NCBI GenBank assembly: GCA_963666055.2
Contig: CAXWPH010000015.1
Coordinates: 1,280,001-1,344,000 of the forward strand
Origin: Acidobacteriota bacterium
GTDB lineage: Bacteria; Acidobacteriota; UBA890; WLXD01
Direction of reading: 5' to 3'
DNA: 64,000 nt
The notes under the pieces: generated by a model
The model's input: only the letters and a program-made list of their open reading frames with translations
Databases searched by the model: none
What the model was told of the DNA's origin: nothing
Made by a program: the position numbers and the translations under genes
Part shown: in pieces, positions 10,766 through 21,261 of the stretch
Layout: each line of letters begins with the position of its first letter
How positions within the stretch are numbered: position 1 is the stretch's first letter

Positions 10766-10820
10766 CTCAAAACTTGCTCACAGAAGTCTCACGGATCCCT
10801 CAAGGATTGCTCAAGACTTC
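10766..10820. promoter_or_regulatory. Five CTCA direct repeats at exact 11-bp period; candidate wHTH operator array
   Basis: CTCA at 10766, 10777, 10788, 10799 and 10810, between the regulator and the divergent operon. Confidence 0.65.
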
Positions 10821-10993
10821 GGGCTTCAGAAGCGGCACCCTGCCGATAGGAAGTGGTCGGCGATCCAAGCATCGCCGGACAGGAAAACTTATCAGCCGTA
10901 TGCCTCCTGGCTCAAGGGGCCGGTAGGCGTGTGCTGCGGCGGAATATGAGGAAGTATGTCATGCAACGTTTAACTGACTGGAGGCGACCCATC

Positions 10994-11830
10994 ATGAGGC
11001 CGAGCGACTCTGCCCGTGCCACGCTGTTGCCGCTTCTGGTGGGACTGGTGGTGGCCACCGTACTGCTGGCGGGCGGGTTCGCGGCCAAGACCAACGAAGC
11101 CTATGCCAGCGAGGCGTACTCAGGGCAGGAGAAGGGCAACAAGAAGTGCAATGACGGGATTGACAACGACGGCGACGGGTTGATCGACGGCGATGACCCA
11201 GATTGTCAGGGCGATGGCGGCGGCGGCCAAGGCGGCGGCGGCAAGAAACAGAACGTGCCCGTGACGGTCACATTCCGGGATGCCGGCCTCGATGGAATAC
11301 AGAGCGACGGACTAGGTGCCTACGCGGGCGTTTTCACGAAGCGCTTCGGGCGCTTGATTTTTCCCGACAATCCGAGCCGCACGCTGCAGATGTCTTTCGG
11401 TCAACTTGTGGGCTCTTGCGAACTGCCTCAAGAGCCGGAGTTTCTGTGGTCCTCCGGCTTTCCTGACGCCGAGGATGATGCTGACGTGGTGGTGAACCGT
11501 GTTGTCGAGAACAACGACGGAACGGAGACCGATCCCGACTCCGACTTTCTGGGCATGGTGGTCGGAACGATGGCGCCTGCAAGGGTGAAGATCAATTTCG
11601 ACGATCCGGATGGGCGCACGCTGCTGTGGACGGTGCGCTACAAGACCATCGATTTTCCGTGCTCCACCAACGTCTACGTTTCGCGGCTCTCGGACACGAC
11701 ATGGAGCGTCGAAACAATAGCCGGCTCACGCGATCGGGCTACGTTGGTGATGGAAAACGAGGTCGAGCAGGGAACCTACTACCTGCCTTTCCGGATGGTT
11801 GTTTCGTGTGTCAATCCCGACTGCTCCTGA
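10994..11830 (+). CDS. Exported hypothetical protein with a CNDGIDNDGDGLIDGDDPDC putative metal/Ca-binding motif
   Basis: Signal peptide, motif, Gly-rich linker; RBS GGAGG before ATG 10994. Confidence 0.75.
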   Translation: MRPSDSARATLLPLLVGLVVATVLLAGGFAAKTNEAYASEAYSGQEKGNKKCNDGIDNDGDGLIDGDDPDCQGDGGGGQGGGGKKQNVPVTVTFRDAGLDGIQSDGLGAYAGVFTKRFGRLIFPDNPSRTLQMSFGQLVGSCELPQEPEFLWSSGFPDAEDDADVVVNRVVENNDGTETDPDSDFLGMVVGTMAPARVKINFDDPDGRTLLWTVRYKTIDFPCSTNVYVSRLSDTTWSVETIAGSRDRATLVMENEVEQGTYYLPFRMVVSCVNPDCS

Positions 11831-11885
11831 GCGGCGCGTGACCGCAGCCGTGTCCTGGCTGGGTGCTTCTAGGTTGAAGAGGAGC

Positions 11886-13349
11886 ATGAAGCGTGCACCC
11901 CGTCCCTTCATTCTGGGCCTGAGCGCCCTCGTCTTGGGAGCTCTTTCTACCGGCGTCTCCTCCGTCGTCGACCCACCCTCGGAAGGCACGCTCACCTCCA
12001 GCGACGGGGCCCCAGAGGATCTGTTCGGCTTTTCTGTGGCAATCGATGGCGATACCGCCATCGTTGGAGCACCGAGAAACGGTGCCGGTGGATCGGCCTA
12101 TGTCTTCGTGTGGGACGGAGAAAAGTGGATCGAGCAGGCCAAACTTACTCCCCGTGACCACGCCGCGGGCCAGAGGCTCGGTTGGGGGGTGGGGATCGAC
12201 GGAGACAGGGCTGTCGTCAGCGCAATTAGCGACTCTCATGCAGGTGTCGACTCGGGATCGGCCTATGTCTTTCGACGGCGCGGGACAAATTGGGTGCAGG
12301 AGGCCAAGCTGATCGCCGACGATGCTGGACTCACGGACCGCTTCGGCTGGTCCCTTGCCATCGAGGACGACATCGTGGTGGTGGGAGCGACGCAGTTCCG
12401 TAAACCGGGCCCCGGCGCGGTATTCATCTTTCAACGCAGCGGAACAAGCTGGCGACAACTGGCGAAGCTTCGCCCGGGCGATGCGGCGACAGGTGATCAG
12501 TTCGGTTATGGAGTGGCCATCGATGGCAACGTAGTGATCGGCGTGGCACGCGACAAGGACAATTTTCGCGGGGCGGCCTACGTCTTTCGACGGCGCGGGA
12601 ACAATTGGGTGCAGGAGGCCAAGCTCGATGCCGATGAGGGAGACGGGTTCGGTGGGGAGGTATCTGTCCGGGGCGATACTGCTGTCCTCAGCGCATACGG
12701 CGCCTATGTCTTTGAGCGCCGCGCGTCAGGCAGGGAAGGCGGGGTGCCCTCGGCCGACGACTGGACACAGGTGGCCAAGCTGACCGGCAGTGACATTCTC
12801 GAAGAGGATGTCTGGTTTGACACAGTTGCGATCGAGGGGGAAACCATTCTGGTCGGAGTGTCGCGCGACGATGACTGGGGAGGCTTGTCCGGCTCCGCGT
12901 ACCTATTCGAGCCCATTCAGGGAGTCTGGTCTGAAACCGGCAAGATCACGTCCGCTGACACATCGTTTCGCAGCCAGTTCGGCTGGTCTATCGCCTTCCA
13001 CGAAACCACCATCCTGATCGGAGCCAAGGAAGAGAACATCGGAAAACCGGGGACGGCCTACACGTTTGGGCTCACTCCAGAGCAGAGGATCGTATTTCTA
13101 GAGGTCCGTGTGAGCAATCTCGTCCGCGACGGTACGTTGTCTGCGAAGGCGGGAAAAGGACTGCTCGCGAGGCTGAAGCGAGCGAAGAGATTGTTGGGCA
13201 AGGGCAAGGTCGAACGCGCCAAGAAGCAGTTGGAGAAGTTCACCAAGAAGGTGCCCAGCTTTGTCCGCCGCGGGGTGCTCTCACCGGCACTGGGTCAGGC
13301 GCTGATCGACTCGGCGGACATCACGATCGCCGAGCTCGACAAGAACTAA
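11886..13349 (+). CDS. FG-GAP repeat protein with basic C-terminal helical (FIMAH-like) domain
   Basis: Repeated FG.SVAIDGD..VVGA...GSAYVF units; RBS AGGAG. Confidence 0.85.
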   Translation: MKRAPRPFILGLSALVLGALSTGVSSVVDPPSEGTLTSSDGAPEDLFGFSVAIDGDTAIVGAPRNGAGGSAYVFVWDGEKWIEQAKLTPRDHAAGQRLGWGVGIDGDRAVVSAISDSHAGVDSGSAYVFRRRGTNWVQEAKLIADDAGLTDRFGWSLAIEDDIVVVGATQFRKPGPGAVFIFQRSGTSWRQLAKLRPGDAATGDQFGYGVAIDGNVVIGVARDKDNFRGAAYVFRRRGNNWVQEAKLDADEGDGFGGEVSVRGDTAVLSAYGAYVFERRASGREGGVPSADDWTQVAKLTGSDILEEDVWFDTVAIEGETILVGVSRDDDWGGLSGSAYLFEPIQGVWSETGKITSADTSFRSQFGWSIAFHETTILIGAKEENIGKPGTAYTFGLTPEQRIVFLEVRVSNLVRDGTLSAKAGKGLLARLKRAKRLLGKGKVERAKKQLEKFTKKVPSFVRRGVLSPALGQALIDSADITIAELDKN

Positions 13350-13361
13350 GGAGTCCGGAAA

Positions 13362-14350
13362 GGTGCTCTTACGCCGCCTGAGCCGGGCTGTGGTCTTTCG
13401 CTGGTCGGTGGCAGCGAACGGGCGGCGGTCGTACAGATCGCCCCGGATGAGAGCCGGTTCGAGCGCAGGCTGGCCAATGCTTCCCTGAGAAGGTCGATCC
13501 GAACGAGCAAGAACATCAAGGTGCTCGGCAACCTGCGGATATCGAGGAAGTTCAATCGCGCCGATGTCTGGGGGACACGGCGGTTCGCCATTGTCGCAAA
13601 GGGCAGTTACGGCTGGGGAGTCGTCGATACCCGAAGACCCCGCAACCCGAAGGAGATTGCCAAGTTAGGGCTGCTGGCCGTGAATGACGTGAAGGTGGAC
13701 GGCTCCCTCGCGGTGGTCACGAACGAAGCGGGGTTCGTCGGCGCCGGAGCGATCTTGTACGACCTTACCGATCCTTTCCGCCCATCGGAGCTGTCCCGCA
13801 TCACCCACGAGAGTGCCTTGAGCGTACACAACGCCTACCTCGACGATGGCGTTCTGTATCTCTCTTCCTACACCACCGGCAATGTGGAGATCTTTGACGT
13901 TAGCGATCCCAGCGCGCCGCGACACCTCGCCTCGGTGTCAATGGCCGCCGGCGACGTGGGGGCGGTGCAACTCGGTAGCAGCGGAACCGGAGAGACCCAC
14001 AGCGCCTTCAAAGGGGTGGGAACCGCCACTGAGGTCGGGCCGAACCGCGTGCACTGGTCCGGAACTTATTGGGGACACAGTTTCAACAACGAGGGTGATG
14101 GGTTGCTCCACAACACGGTCTGGAACTGTCCAGCCGCATCAGACATATCAGACGGCGTGGTGGACTTCAAAGGGTACTGCACTGTTACAGATCCTGATGG
14201 CGACAAGATCTACGGGAGTTGGAGTGGCGGTGGTCCTGTGACGGGCGAGATCACCGGCATCCTCGAATGGACCGGTGGCACGGGCAAGTATTCCGATATT
14301 CAAGGTGGCTTTGATTTCCAGTGCCGGGCCGTCGGTAACGACGACCAGCT
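13362..14350 (+). pseudogene. Chimeric remnant: disrupted LVIVD-repeat gene fused to part of an unrelated beta-barrel protein
   Basis: LVIVD-like repeats to about 13940, then an abrupt switch to ...CTVTDPDGDKIYG...TGGTGKY; signal-like start at 13362 is in another frame. Confidence 0.6.
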
Positions 14351-14469
14351 GCAGGGCATGCGCGTCGCGGCTACTTGCCTACCGTCTAGTCCGTCGCAGC
14401 CTATCGCAGGCCCGCAGTTTAGCAAGAAGTCGGCGCGTCTCTAGAAAAGCCGATGGCGATAGTACCGAC

Positions 14470-14582
14470 GTCAGTTCACAGGCGCGAAACCGATTCTCAA
14501 CGCCTCGGATAGCCTGGAGGACACATCATCCGGCCCAGCTCGCCGCTCGCGCGACCGCGGCATCTCCATTGTGTGGACCGAC
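14470..14582. repeat. 113-bp element with terminal inverted repeats (MITE-like), copy 1
   Basis: Colinear near-copy of 38819-38931; right TIR degenerate here. Confidence 0.75.
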
Positions 14583-14587
14583 GTATA

Positions 14588-14631
14588 GCGTGTGGTTTTG
14601 CGCCCCCTGGACCTTCGCATGGCTTGACGAT
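14588..14631 (+). repeat. Truncated copy of the kinase promoter region
   Basis: GTGGTTTTGCGCCCCCTGGACCTTCGCATGGCTTGACGAT matches about 22056-22099; cut at the -10 box. Confidence 0.7.
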
Positions 14632-14692
14632 CTGTGCGTTAGATCATCACCTGTCTCAGAAGAAGCCGCTATTGGGATTCTCCAAGCGTCTC

Positions 14693-16921
14693 CTAGTCGT
14701 CTATCCCGAAGGCCAGTAGCACATTGCCCGGTGTATTGCCGAAAAGCCCGTACCCGGATCCCAGGTACATCATCCCATCGACGATCGTTGGGGAGGTGGC
14801 ACCAATTGCGCCGCCGAAGGCCGGCACTTCGTTAACGGCTTCGTAGGTTCGTTTCGTCGTGTATTCCCAGAGAATCTCGCCGTCCGCCTTTGAATATGCA
14901 TGGAGTGTCCCTTGGGACGAGCCGGTGATTACCGCGCCGGGCACTGCGGTTGCCGCCGCCGTATAACCCGAGGAGCAAGCGTTCCAACCCGACAGGTTGC
15001 AGTCCTCCAGCCCCGGCAGTTCCCTGTACCAGACGCGCTCGCCCGTCGTCACCCGCAACGCCGCAACGGCCCCGCTCGCGTCCCGGTAGTTCAGTGGACG
15101 ATAGAAGAGCTCGCCGTCTGACGCCCCGCCCCAACCCGCGCCGTTAGGAGCAAGCCGGTCGCCGGCCTGGGCCACCCAGAGAACTGCCCCGTCGTTGTCA
15201 GGATCCAAAGCCGTGATGCGGCCGCTCTCCTGTACGCCCAGCAGCACTCTGCGACCGTTCGGCAGGTCGAGCAGAATCGCCTGGTTGACGTCGTCGCCCG
15301 GGCCCTGAATGTAGCCAGGGCAATTGACCAGACGCTCGGGACCTCGCCCGCAGCCACCTTCGTCTCGATCCGAGGACGCCGGAAGGAGGTTGGTCATCCA
15401 CAACCGTCGGCCGGTATCCATGTCGATGGCCAGTATCGAGCCGCAGGCGCCGCCGTCGAAGGACACGTTGCCGACACCGAAGTGCTCAGTGATGTTGCAG
15501 TTGCCGGTGGGCGCATAGATGGCGCGCCGTTTTTCGTCGATCGTGAGCGAGCTCCAGATGCCGGCGCCGGCTGGTCCGAACAGCGGCGTGCCGGCCGAGT
15601 TCGTCTTGTTGAGTGGCCGAGGCCGTTCTGGAAAAGAGTACGTTTGCCAGACCTTCTCCCCGGTCTTCACGTCGACGGCCACGACGCTACCCTGGAACGT
15701 GCAGCACTCGTACTCGACATAGGAACCAGGCTGCTCTTCCCACGACGCGACCGGCACATACAGGCGCTCGCCTGAGGAATCGAGCCTGACTGCGGATGTG
15801 ATCTTCGCCTGTGGATGATCGTCGGCGCGCAGGGTCCACATCTCTTGCCCCGTCTCGGCGTTGACGCCGTACACGACCCCGCTCATGTCGCCGAAATACG
15901 CGCCATAGCGGACCCCCGGTACATCATCGACCGGGCCGACCTTGACGGCGCCCCGGACCGCCGTCTGCGCGCGGTACGACCAGTGAACGCAGCCCGTCTT
16001 GGCGTCGAGCGCATACACGAAGAAGTTATCGCTCGTCAGGAACAGTGCACCGCCCACCACGCTGGGTTGCGACCAGTTGGCGACCGAGGCATCCGGGATG
16101 GCGAAAACCCACTTCAGCTTCAGCCGCGGGAGGTCCTCCGCGGTGATGCCGCCGACCGCCTCCGACGCGAACCGATGCACACCGAGCTCGGGATCCCAAC
16201 CGTTCCAACTCGGCTGGTTCTCCCAGTTGTCCAGGTTTATGGACTCTGCACACTGGTTCGGCATGGCCGCCGCCTCGCGGTGGGCAACGCCGCCGAACGG
16301 CTTGCCAGTCACGAGCTCGATGACGGCACGCTTGTACTCTTCGTTGCCGAAGATCCGGAAGCGATCACTCTCGTCATGTGCCGCGATCGGCCGGTTCAAC
16401 ACTGCCAGGAGCTCGTCGGCTTCCATCTGCTGAATATCGAACCGTGAGGGCATGTTGGCGGCAGCGGTCCCGCCCGAAACGGGGCGACCGACAGGTGAAT
16501 TGTCGTGGCAGACCGCACACCCGTTTTCGAACACACCGACCATCCTTGCAGGATAGACGGTGCGGTCGACCGAGCCACCGAGAGGCTTGCCGGTCACCAG
16601 TTCTGCCATTGCCCGTAGCTCGTCGTCCCGGAACTCGGATGTGAACTCCACCATGGGCCCTTCCATCAGGGCAATGAGCACCTGCTCTGGCTCCATCTGT
16701 CGAAGCGCCTCCCGAGTGGGTGCCAGGATCTCGTCGCTCTGATTGTCATGACAGTCGGCACAGATCGCTTCATACGTCGCCACCATGCTGGCGGCAGAGG
16801 CCATGGCCTTCGGGCCCGGCACATCTTGAGCCTGGACGGGCGAAGTAAGGAGCTGCGTCGTCAATGCGCACACAGCCACGATCACCGTCACCGCGCTCAT
16901 GGTTAGTACTCGTCTCAGCAT
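14693..16921 (-). CDS. PQQ-dependent dehydrogenase (polyvinyl-alcohol dehydrogenase-like) with two c-type heme motifs
   Basis: CADCH and CAVCH; LKLKWVFA, ECCTFQGS and GAGIWSS motifs; signal peptide; RBS GGAGG. Confidence 0.85.
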   Translation of the reverse strand: MLRRVLTMSAVTVIVAVCALTTQLLTSPVQAQDVPGPKAMASAASMVATYEAICADCHDNQSDEILAPTREALRQMEPEQVLIALMEGPMVEFTSEFRDDELRAMAELVTGKPLGGSVDRTVYPARMVGVFENGCAVCHDNSPVGRPVSGGTAAANMPSRFDIQQMEADELLAVLNRPIAAHDESDRFRIFGNEEYKRAVIELVTGKPFGGVAHREAAAMPNQCAESINLDNWENQPSWNGWDPELGVHRFASEAVGGITAEDLPRLKLKWVFAIPDASVANWSQPSVVGGALFLTSDNFFVYALDAKTGCVHWSYRAQTAVRGAVKVGPVDDVPGVRYGAYFGDMSGVVYGVNAETGQEMWTLRADDHPQAKITSAVRLDSSGERLYVPVASWEEQPGSYVEYECCTFQGSVVAVDVKTGEKVWQTYSFPERPRPLNKTNSAGTPLFGPAGAGIWSSLTIDEKRRAIYAPTGNCNITEHFGVGNVSFDGGACGSILAIDMDTGRRLWMTNLLPASSDRDEGGCGRGPERLVNCPGYIQGPGDDVNQAILLDLPNGRRVLLGVQESGRITALDPDNDGAVLWVAQAGDRLAPNGAGWGGASDGELFYRPLNYRDASGAVAALRVTTGERVWYRELPGLEDCNLSGWNACSSGYTAAATAVPGAVITGSSQGTLHAYSKADGEILWEYTTKRTYEAVNEVPAFGGAIGATSPTIVDGMMYLGSGYGLFGNTPGNVLLAFGIDD

Positions 16922-16962
16922 TGGATTCCTCCAGTCCAGACATTCTCGGTTTTGAAGAACAT

Positions 16963-17018
16963 TGACCTGCCCCAAGTGTTGAGGCTACTTCGTAACTCAT
17001 AGAATCGGTGCTGGCAAC
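16963..17018 (+). mobile_element. IS3-like terminal remnant, copy 2
   Basis: Matches 7632-7689. Confidence 0.65.
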
Positions 17019-17279
17019 GTCGCTTCCGGTGCAGGCGGCCGAGAACGCGACCGACTACTCACTCCACAACACGCTACGCCAACTACTCTTCCTACCCACG
17101 ACCCGCGAACAAAAGTACAAGTCCAAGTAGGTGACCGGCTCGTTCAGCCAGAGGGCCAGCGATGTACTGAGCGCTGGGATCGTGTTCGTCGGGACGACGC
17201 TGGGGCTGACACAGGCGCAGAATCCGTTCTCCGCGCCTGGTTCCACTGAGTGAAAGCCAGGAGCGACCGGAGATGTTGG

Positions 17280-17348
17280 CCTGTTGCGGGCTAACATGGC
17301 GTTGGCCGGGAGACAAATGGCGTAGGGGAATGCCTCGGCGTCGAGGAA
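17280..17348 (-). mobile_element. Possible IS1380 transposase internal fragment
   Basis: FLDAEAFPYAICLPANAML resembles the recalled IS1380 FLEAEG..YAIRLPAN.VL motif. Confidence 0.45.
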
Positions 17349-17405
17349 CAACAACGTCGCGTGGCTCGCCGCAGGCCAAGATTCTCGCGACGGACGAGGT
17401 AGCAG

Positions 17406-18128
17406 ATGAAGGTACACGGTACGACGAGCCTGTACGGTCATACGATCGGTATTCTCGTCATCGAGGGCCATTTTCCTCGTTTGCCGGGAGCGCTCGGAAA
17501 CGCAACAACCTTCCCATTCCCGGTCTTGCACTACGTTGTGCCTGGTGCGACCGGCGAGCGTGTCGTCCGCGAGACAGACGACGTAATCGGTCCCTGGATC
17601 GATGGAGCGCGGAGCCTCGAGGAAGCTGGAGTCCGCGCGATTACCACCAGCTGTGGATTCACGGCTGTGTTCCAGGACCAGCTGGCCGAGGCGGTTGATG
17701 TTCCAGTCTTCGCTTCGAGCCTCCTACTCGTGCCTCTTATCGCCCGTATGCTGAAGTCCGGTCACCGGGTCGGCATCATGACGGCTGACGCGCGACATCT
17801 CACGTCGAGGCACCTTCAAAGTGCTGGAGTTGATCCCGACAGCGTCGTTGTAGCGGGGCTAGAGGGATGTCCTCACTTCGAAGAGGTTGTCTTCCGCGAT
17901 CAGCACGACCTGAATGTCGCTCGCATGGAGTCAGAGGTCGTGTCTGTCGCGAGTGGGCTCGTTGCGCATCATCCGGAGATCCGCGCGTTGCTACTGGAGT
18001 GCAGTCTGCTGCCGCCATTCGCGCACAGCATCCAGGACGCCTCCCAGCTTCCCGTTTTTGATTTCACGACGTTGGTCAACATGGTGCACGCGAGCCTGAT
18101 CCGGAAGCCCTTCGAAGGGATCGTGTAA
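17406..18128 (+). CDS. Aspartate/glutamate/hydantoin racemase family protein
   Basis: GNATTFPFPV, AITTSCGF, LLECSLLPP and PVFD motifs. Confidence 0.85.
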   Translation: MKVHGTTSLYGHTIGILVIEGHFPRLPGALGNATTFPFPVLHYVVPGATGERVVRETDDVIGPWIDGARSLEEAGVRAITTSCGFTAVFQDQLAEAVDVPVFASSLLLVPLIARMLKSGHRVGIMTADARHLTSRHLQSAGVDPDSVVVAGLEGCPHFEEVVFRDQHDLNVARMESEVVSVASGLVAHHPEIRALLLECSLLPPFAHSIQDASQLPVFDFTTLVNMVHASLIRKPFEGIV

Positions 18129-18281
18129 TGGGCGATTGTTGGCGGGAGGCGCCCTAGCGGCTCGTATCCCGGGGGTATTCACGATGACCCAAAACGCGTT
18201 TCCTCTCTCGTCGAACAGTCCGGACGGCGCGAAAGACGATCGGCCGTGAGCAGCGCCGATACAAGAACCGGGAGCCGAGCC

Positions 18282-19205
18282 ATGCGTTGTCGTTTCAGCA
18301 GATTTGTGATCGTGGCGTCGAGCCTCGTGGCCGTGTCGGCCGCCGGGTTTGCCGGTGGCCATCCCCAGAGTGAAGGACCACGCGCCGTCGAGCCTCGGGC
18401 GGCAGCCGTCCAGTCATCAACTCGATCGGCGTTTCACAGCGAAGATGTGTACGCGCTCAGGGCGGTCGGACAGGTCGATGTTTCATCTGACGGCACCCGA
18501 CTGGCGTACAGCGTCCGGCACACCGACCGACCGGGGTACCCGTACACCCGGACATGGATCCTGGAGATCGCGACCCAGCGGTTGATCCGGCTCGGGTCCG
18601 ACGAGGAGAGTGTCTCGAATCCTCGCTGGTCGCCGGACAGTCAGCGAATCGCGTACGTCAGTCGGACGGCCGAAGGCTCGGGGGTGGCAGTCGCCGCCCG
18701 CGATGGGAGCGGCGGAACCGTGCTCGCGCCCGTCGTCGGGACCAACCACCACTTCGGTTACGCGCCGGTGGTCGGCGAGCCGCTGGCCTGGTCTCCGAAC
18801 GGCAATCAGATCGCCTTCGTGTCCGCGACGCCGGGTCCTGAAACGGAGGCGGCGAGCGGGGATCCGATGGTCATCACCCGCTATCTCTACAAGCCGGCCG
18901 GCTGGGAAGGGTCGACACGGTTTAACGACAACCGCCGCCTTCACCTCTTCATCGTGGATGTGGCGACGAAGCAGGTGCGGCAGCTGACCACGGGCGAGTA
19001 CTACGAGCATTCTATGGAGTGGTCGCCGCGCGGTGACGAACTCGTCTTTCTCTCCAACCGCGAACCCGACCCCGACCGCGTGTTCAACTACGACATCTTC
19101 ACGGTGAAGGTGAGCGATGGTGGCGCTCGCAGACTGACCGAGACGAATAACGCCGAGTTTCGTCCAGTCTGGTCTCCCGACGGCGAGACTATCGCCTATC
19201 TCGGA
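18282..19205 (+). pseudogene. N-terminal PD40 propeller of an S9-family peptidase; catalytic domain missing
   Basis: Signal peptide and WSPD repeats, ends at WSPDGETIAYLG and runs into an unrelated fragment. Confidence 0.75.
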
Positions 19206-19224
19206 CTCTCAGGGCCGGGCATCG

Positions 19225-19548
19225 GTGGTGGCCTTCCTGAAAGACTCAGAAATGAATGCTTGGCGGGCAAGCGGCCAGTCCCTTGCAGACTATTATCTGC
19301 CACTGGTCCAGGCGGAATACCCGGCGCTTACGCCTGACGCAGTTGACGACGTGGTGGTCCGGGGCGGCGATGACCTGGTCATAATATCCACAGGATTGCC
19401 AAGTGCCATGGCCGATTTTGTCCGGGAGCAGGAGAAAGATCGGCGCGGATTGTATTTCACCGGCGAATACCTGGGCCATGCGCACACGGGTGGTGCCTGC
19501 GCCAGCGGCCGTACAGTCGGGCGCAGCATTGCTAAACATTGGGCCTGA
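19225..19548 (+). pseudogene. C-terminal fragment of a flavin-containing amine-oxidase-like protein
   Basis: LYFTGEYLG...GGACASG terminal FAD motif; no N-terminal part. Confidence 0.6.
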
Positions 19549-19576
19549 CGACCGTGTGACAGTGCGCGCCTTGGGA

Positions 19577-21252
19577 TTAGATCTCGTTGAAGTACCCGTA
19601 GTTCCGAGGCACCAATTCGGTCGCGGCACGATAGCCTTCGTCCATCGCCGCCTGCGCGAGGCTCAGGCCGGCCGCGTCGGAGTTCGCGATGGTGATCCTC
19701 CCGAACGGCTGATGACCCACGACCGTGGGGTGGTTCTCGCCCGTCCACTCGGCGGGATCGAACAGCGCGTTGGTTCCCATCGCGAACCCGTGCGGCCAAC
19801 GATTGATCGTGATGGCCTCGATGTCGCGGGCGGGATCGAAACCGCCGGGCGAGAGGACTCGCGCGAGCTGCTCCCGGATCCGACGCTCGAAGTCCTCGAA
19901 CGAGGTCCCCAACATATGGGTCCGAAGCGCCGCGAGCTGCTCCCGGAGCGGAGTGCCGGGCGCGGGTGGATTGCCGCCGAACAACTCCCGAACCATGGTG
20001 CTGTGGTGCAGAACACCGGACGGGCTCTGCAATCCCACCAGCGCGGGCTTAGCAGGGTCGAGCTCCGGCCGGTATGTGCCGAAGTGCCTCGGTGTACGGA
20101 GATTGAACGTGTTGTAGAACATCCCCGGGCTGTCCACTCCGGTAATGCCCAACCGTTCGAACGACGTCCAGGTCCGAACCAAGACCGTGGTCATCATGTT
20201 CACCGCCCGGTCGGCGAGGAGGAGTGCCTCCCGCTGCTCGTCGGGTAACTCCGGACAGATGTACGGAATCATCGAGTTGTCGCAGGCGAGAATGGTCCCC
20301 TTCGAACGAACCCGGTACAGCCTGCCCGCCCGAACATAGGTAACTTCGGTCTCCCGATCGTCCGTGCGCAGGCGGCCGACGGGTGCCTCGCCCAGATGCT
20401 TGACCTGAACGGCGATGCTGTTCAGCCGGATCCTCACCGGCGTGCTCGGCTCGTCGAGCTTGGAGTAGTCCGCGCGATCCAGGACAACGTCCGCCATTCG
20501 GCCCGCCGGCAGGACGGCCGGAATCAGAGAGCGAACGATGAGTCGCGCGATGTCGGAGTTGCGCGCTCCGACACGGGCGTCCGCACGAGGAAGTCGTGCG
20601 TCGGTTGCGAAAGACCGCCACCCGTGACCAGGCGGTCCTCCCCGAACGTCTCCCGGTCGAAGAACGTCCCTCGCACCATCCCCCGGCTACGGAACGCGCC
20701 TGAATCCACTATGTTTGTGGGCTCGTCGAGCTCGACACCGATATCGCGGAGCATGGCCATGACCGGCGCGGGGTAGGTCATGGCCCGAACCATGTAGGAC
20801 GACCCCCCGTTCGAGATCAGCGTCCCCGCACTTGTCTCGAACTCGTTTCGCTTGGCGTGGCCGCCGAAGTCGTCGTGATTGTCGAGGATCAGGATCCGAG
20901 CTTCCGGACCCGTCATCTGACGATAGAAGTACGCCGCGGCCAGACCGCTGAAGCCACCTCCGACGACGATGGCGTCGTAGCTTTCGTCGACAGTTGCCGC
21001 GCCTTCCCAGTTGGCACCGTCGCGCGTCCTGTGTGCCGCCTCGAAGGACCCCGGATGGGCCCCGCGCATCCCTGTTCGGAGAGGCGGGTAGCTCTCGGCG
21101 TCACCTGGTCTGACCTGAAGCGACGTCGGCGCCGGGGGCCGGGTGATTCCCGGGATCACCATGGCTCCACCCACCACGGCGCCGACCCCCGCAACGAAGT
21201 CCCGACGCTTGATCGGTCGATGCATCCCCAATGCGCGATCGTTGTCGTTCAT
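19577..21252 (-). pseudogene. Spermidine dehydrogenase-like Tat flavoprotein with an internal frameshifting deletion
   Basis: RRDFV Tat motif, GGGFSGLAAAYFY, DNHDDFGGHAKRNE; RTPVSER joins directly to NSDIARLIVR near 20562; about 100-120 codons missing versus the paralog at 34855. Confidence 0.8.
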
Positions 21253-21261
21253 CTGCCCTCC

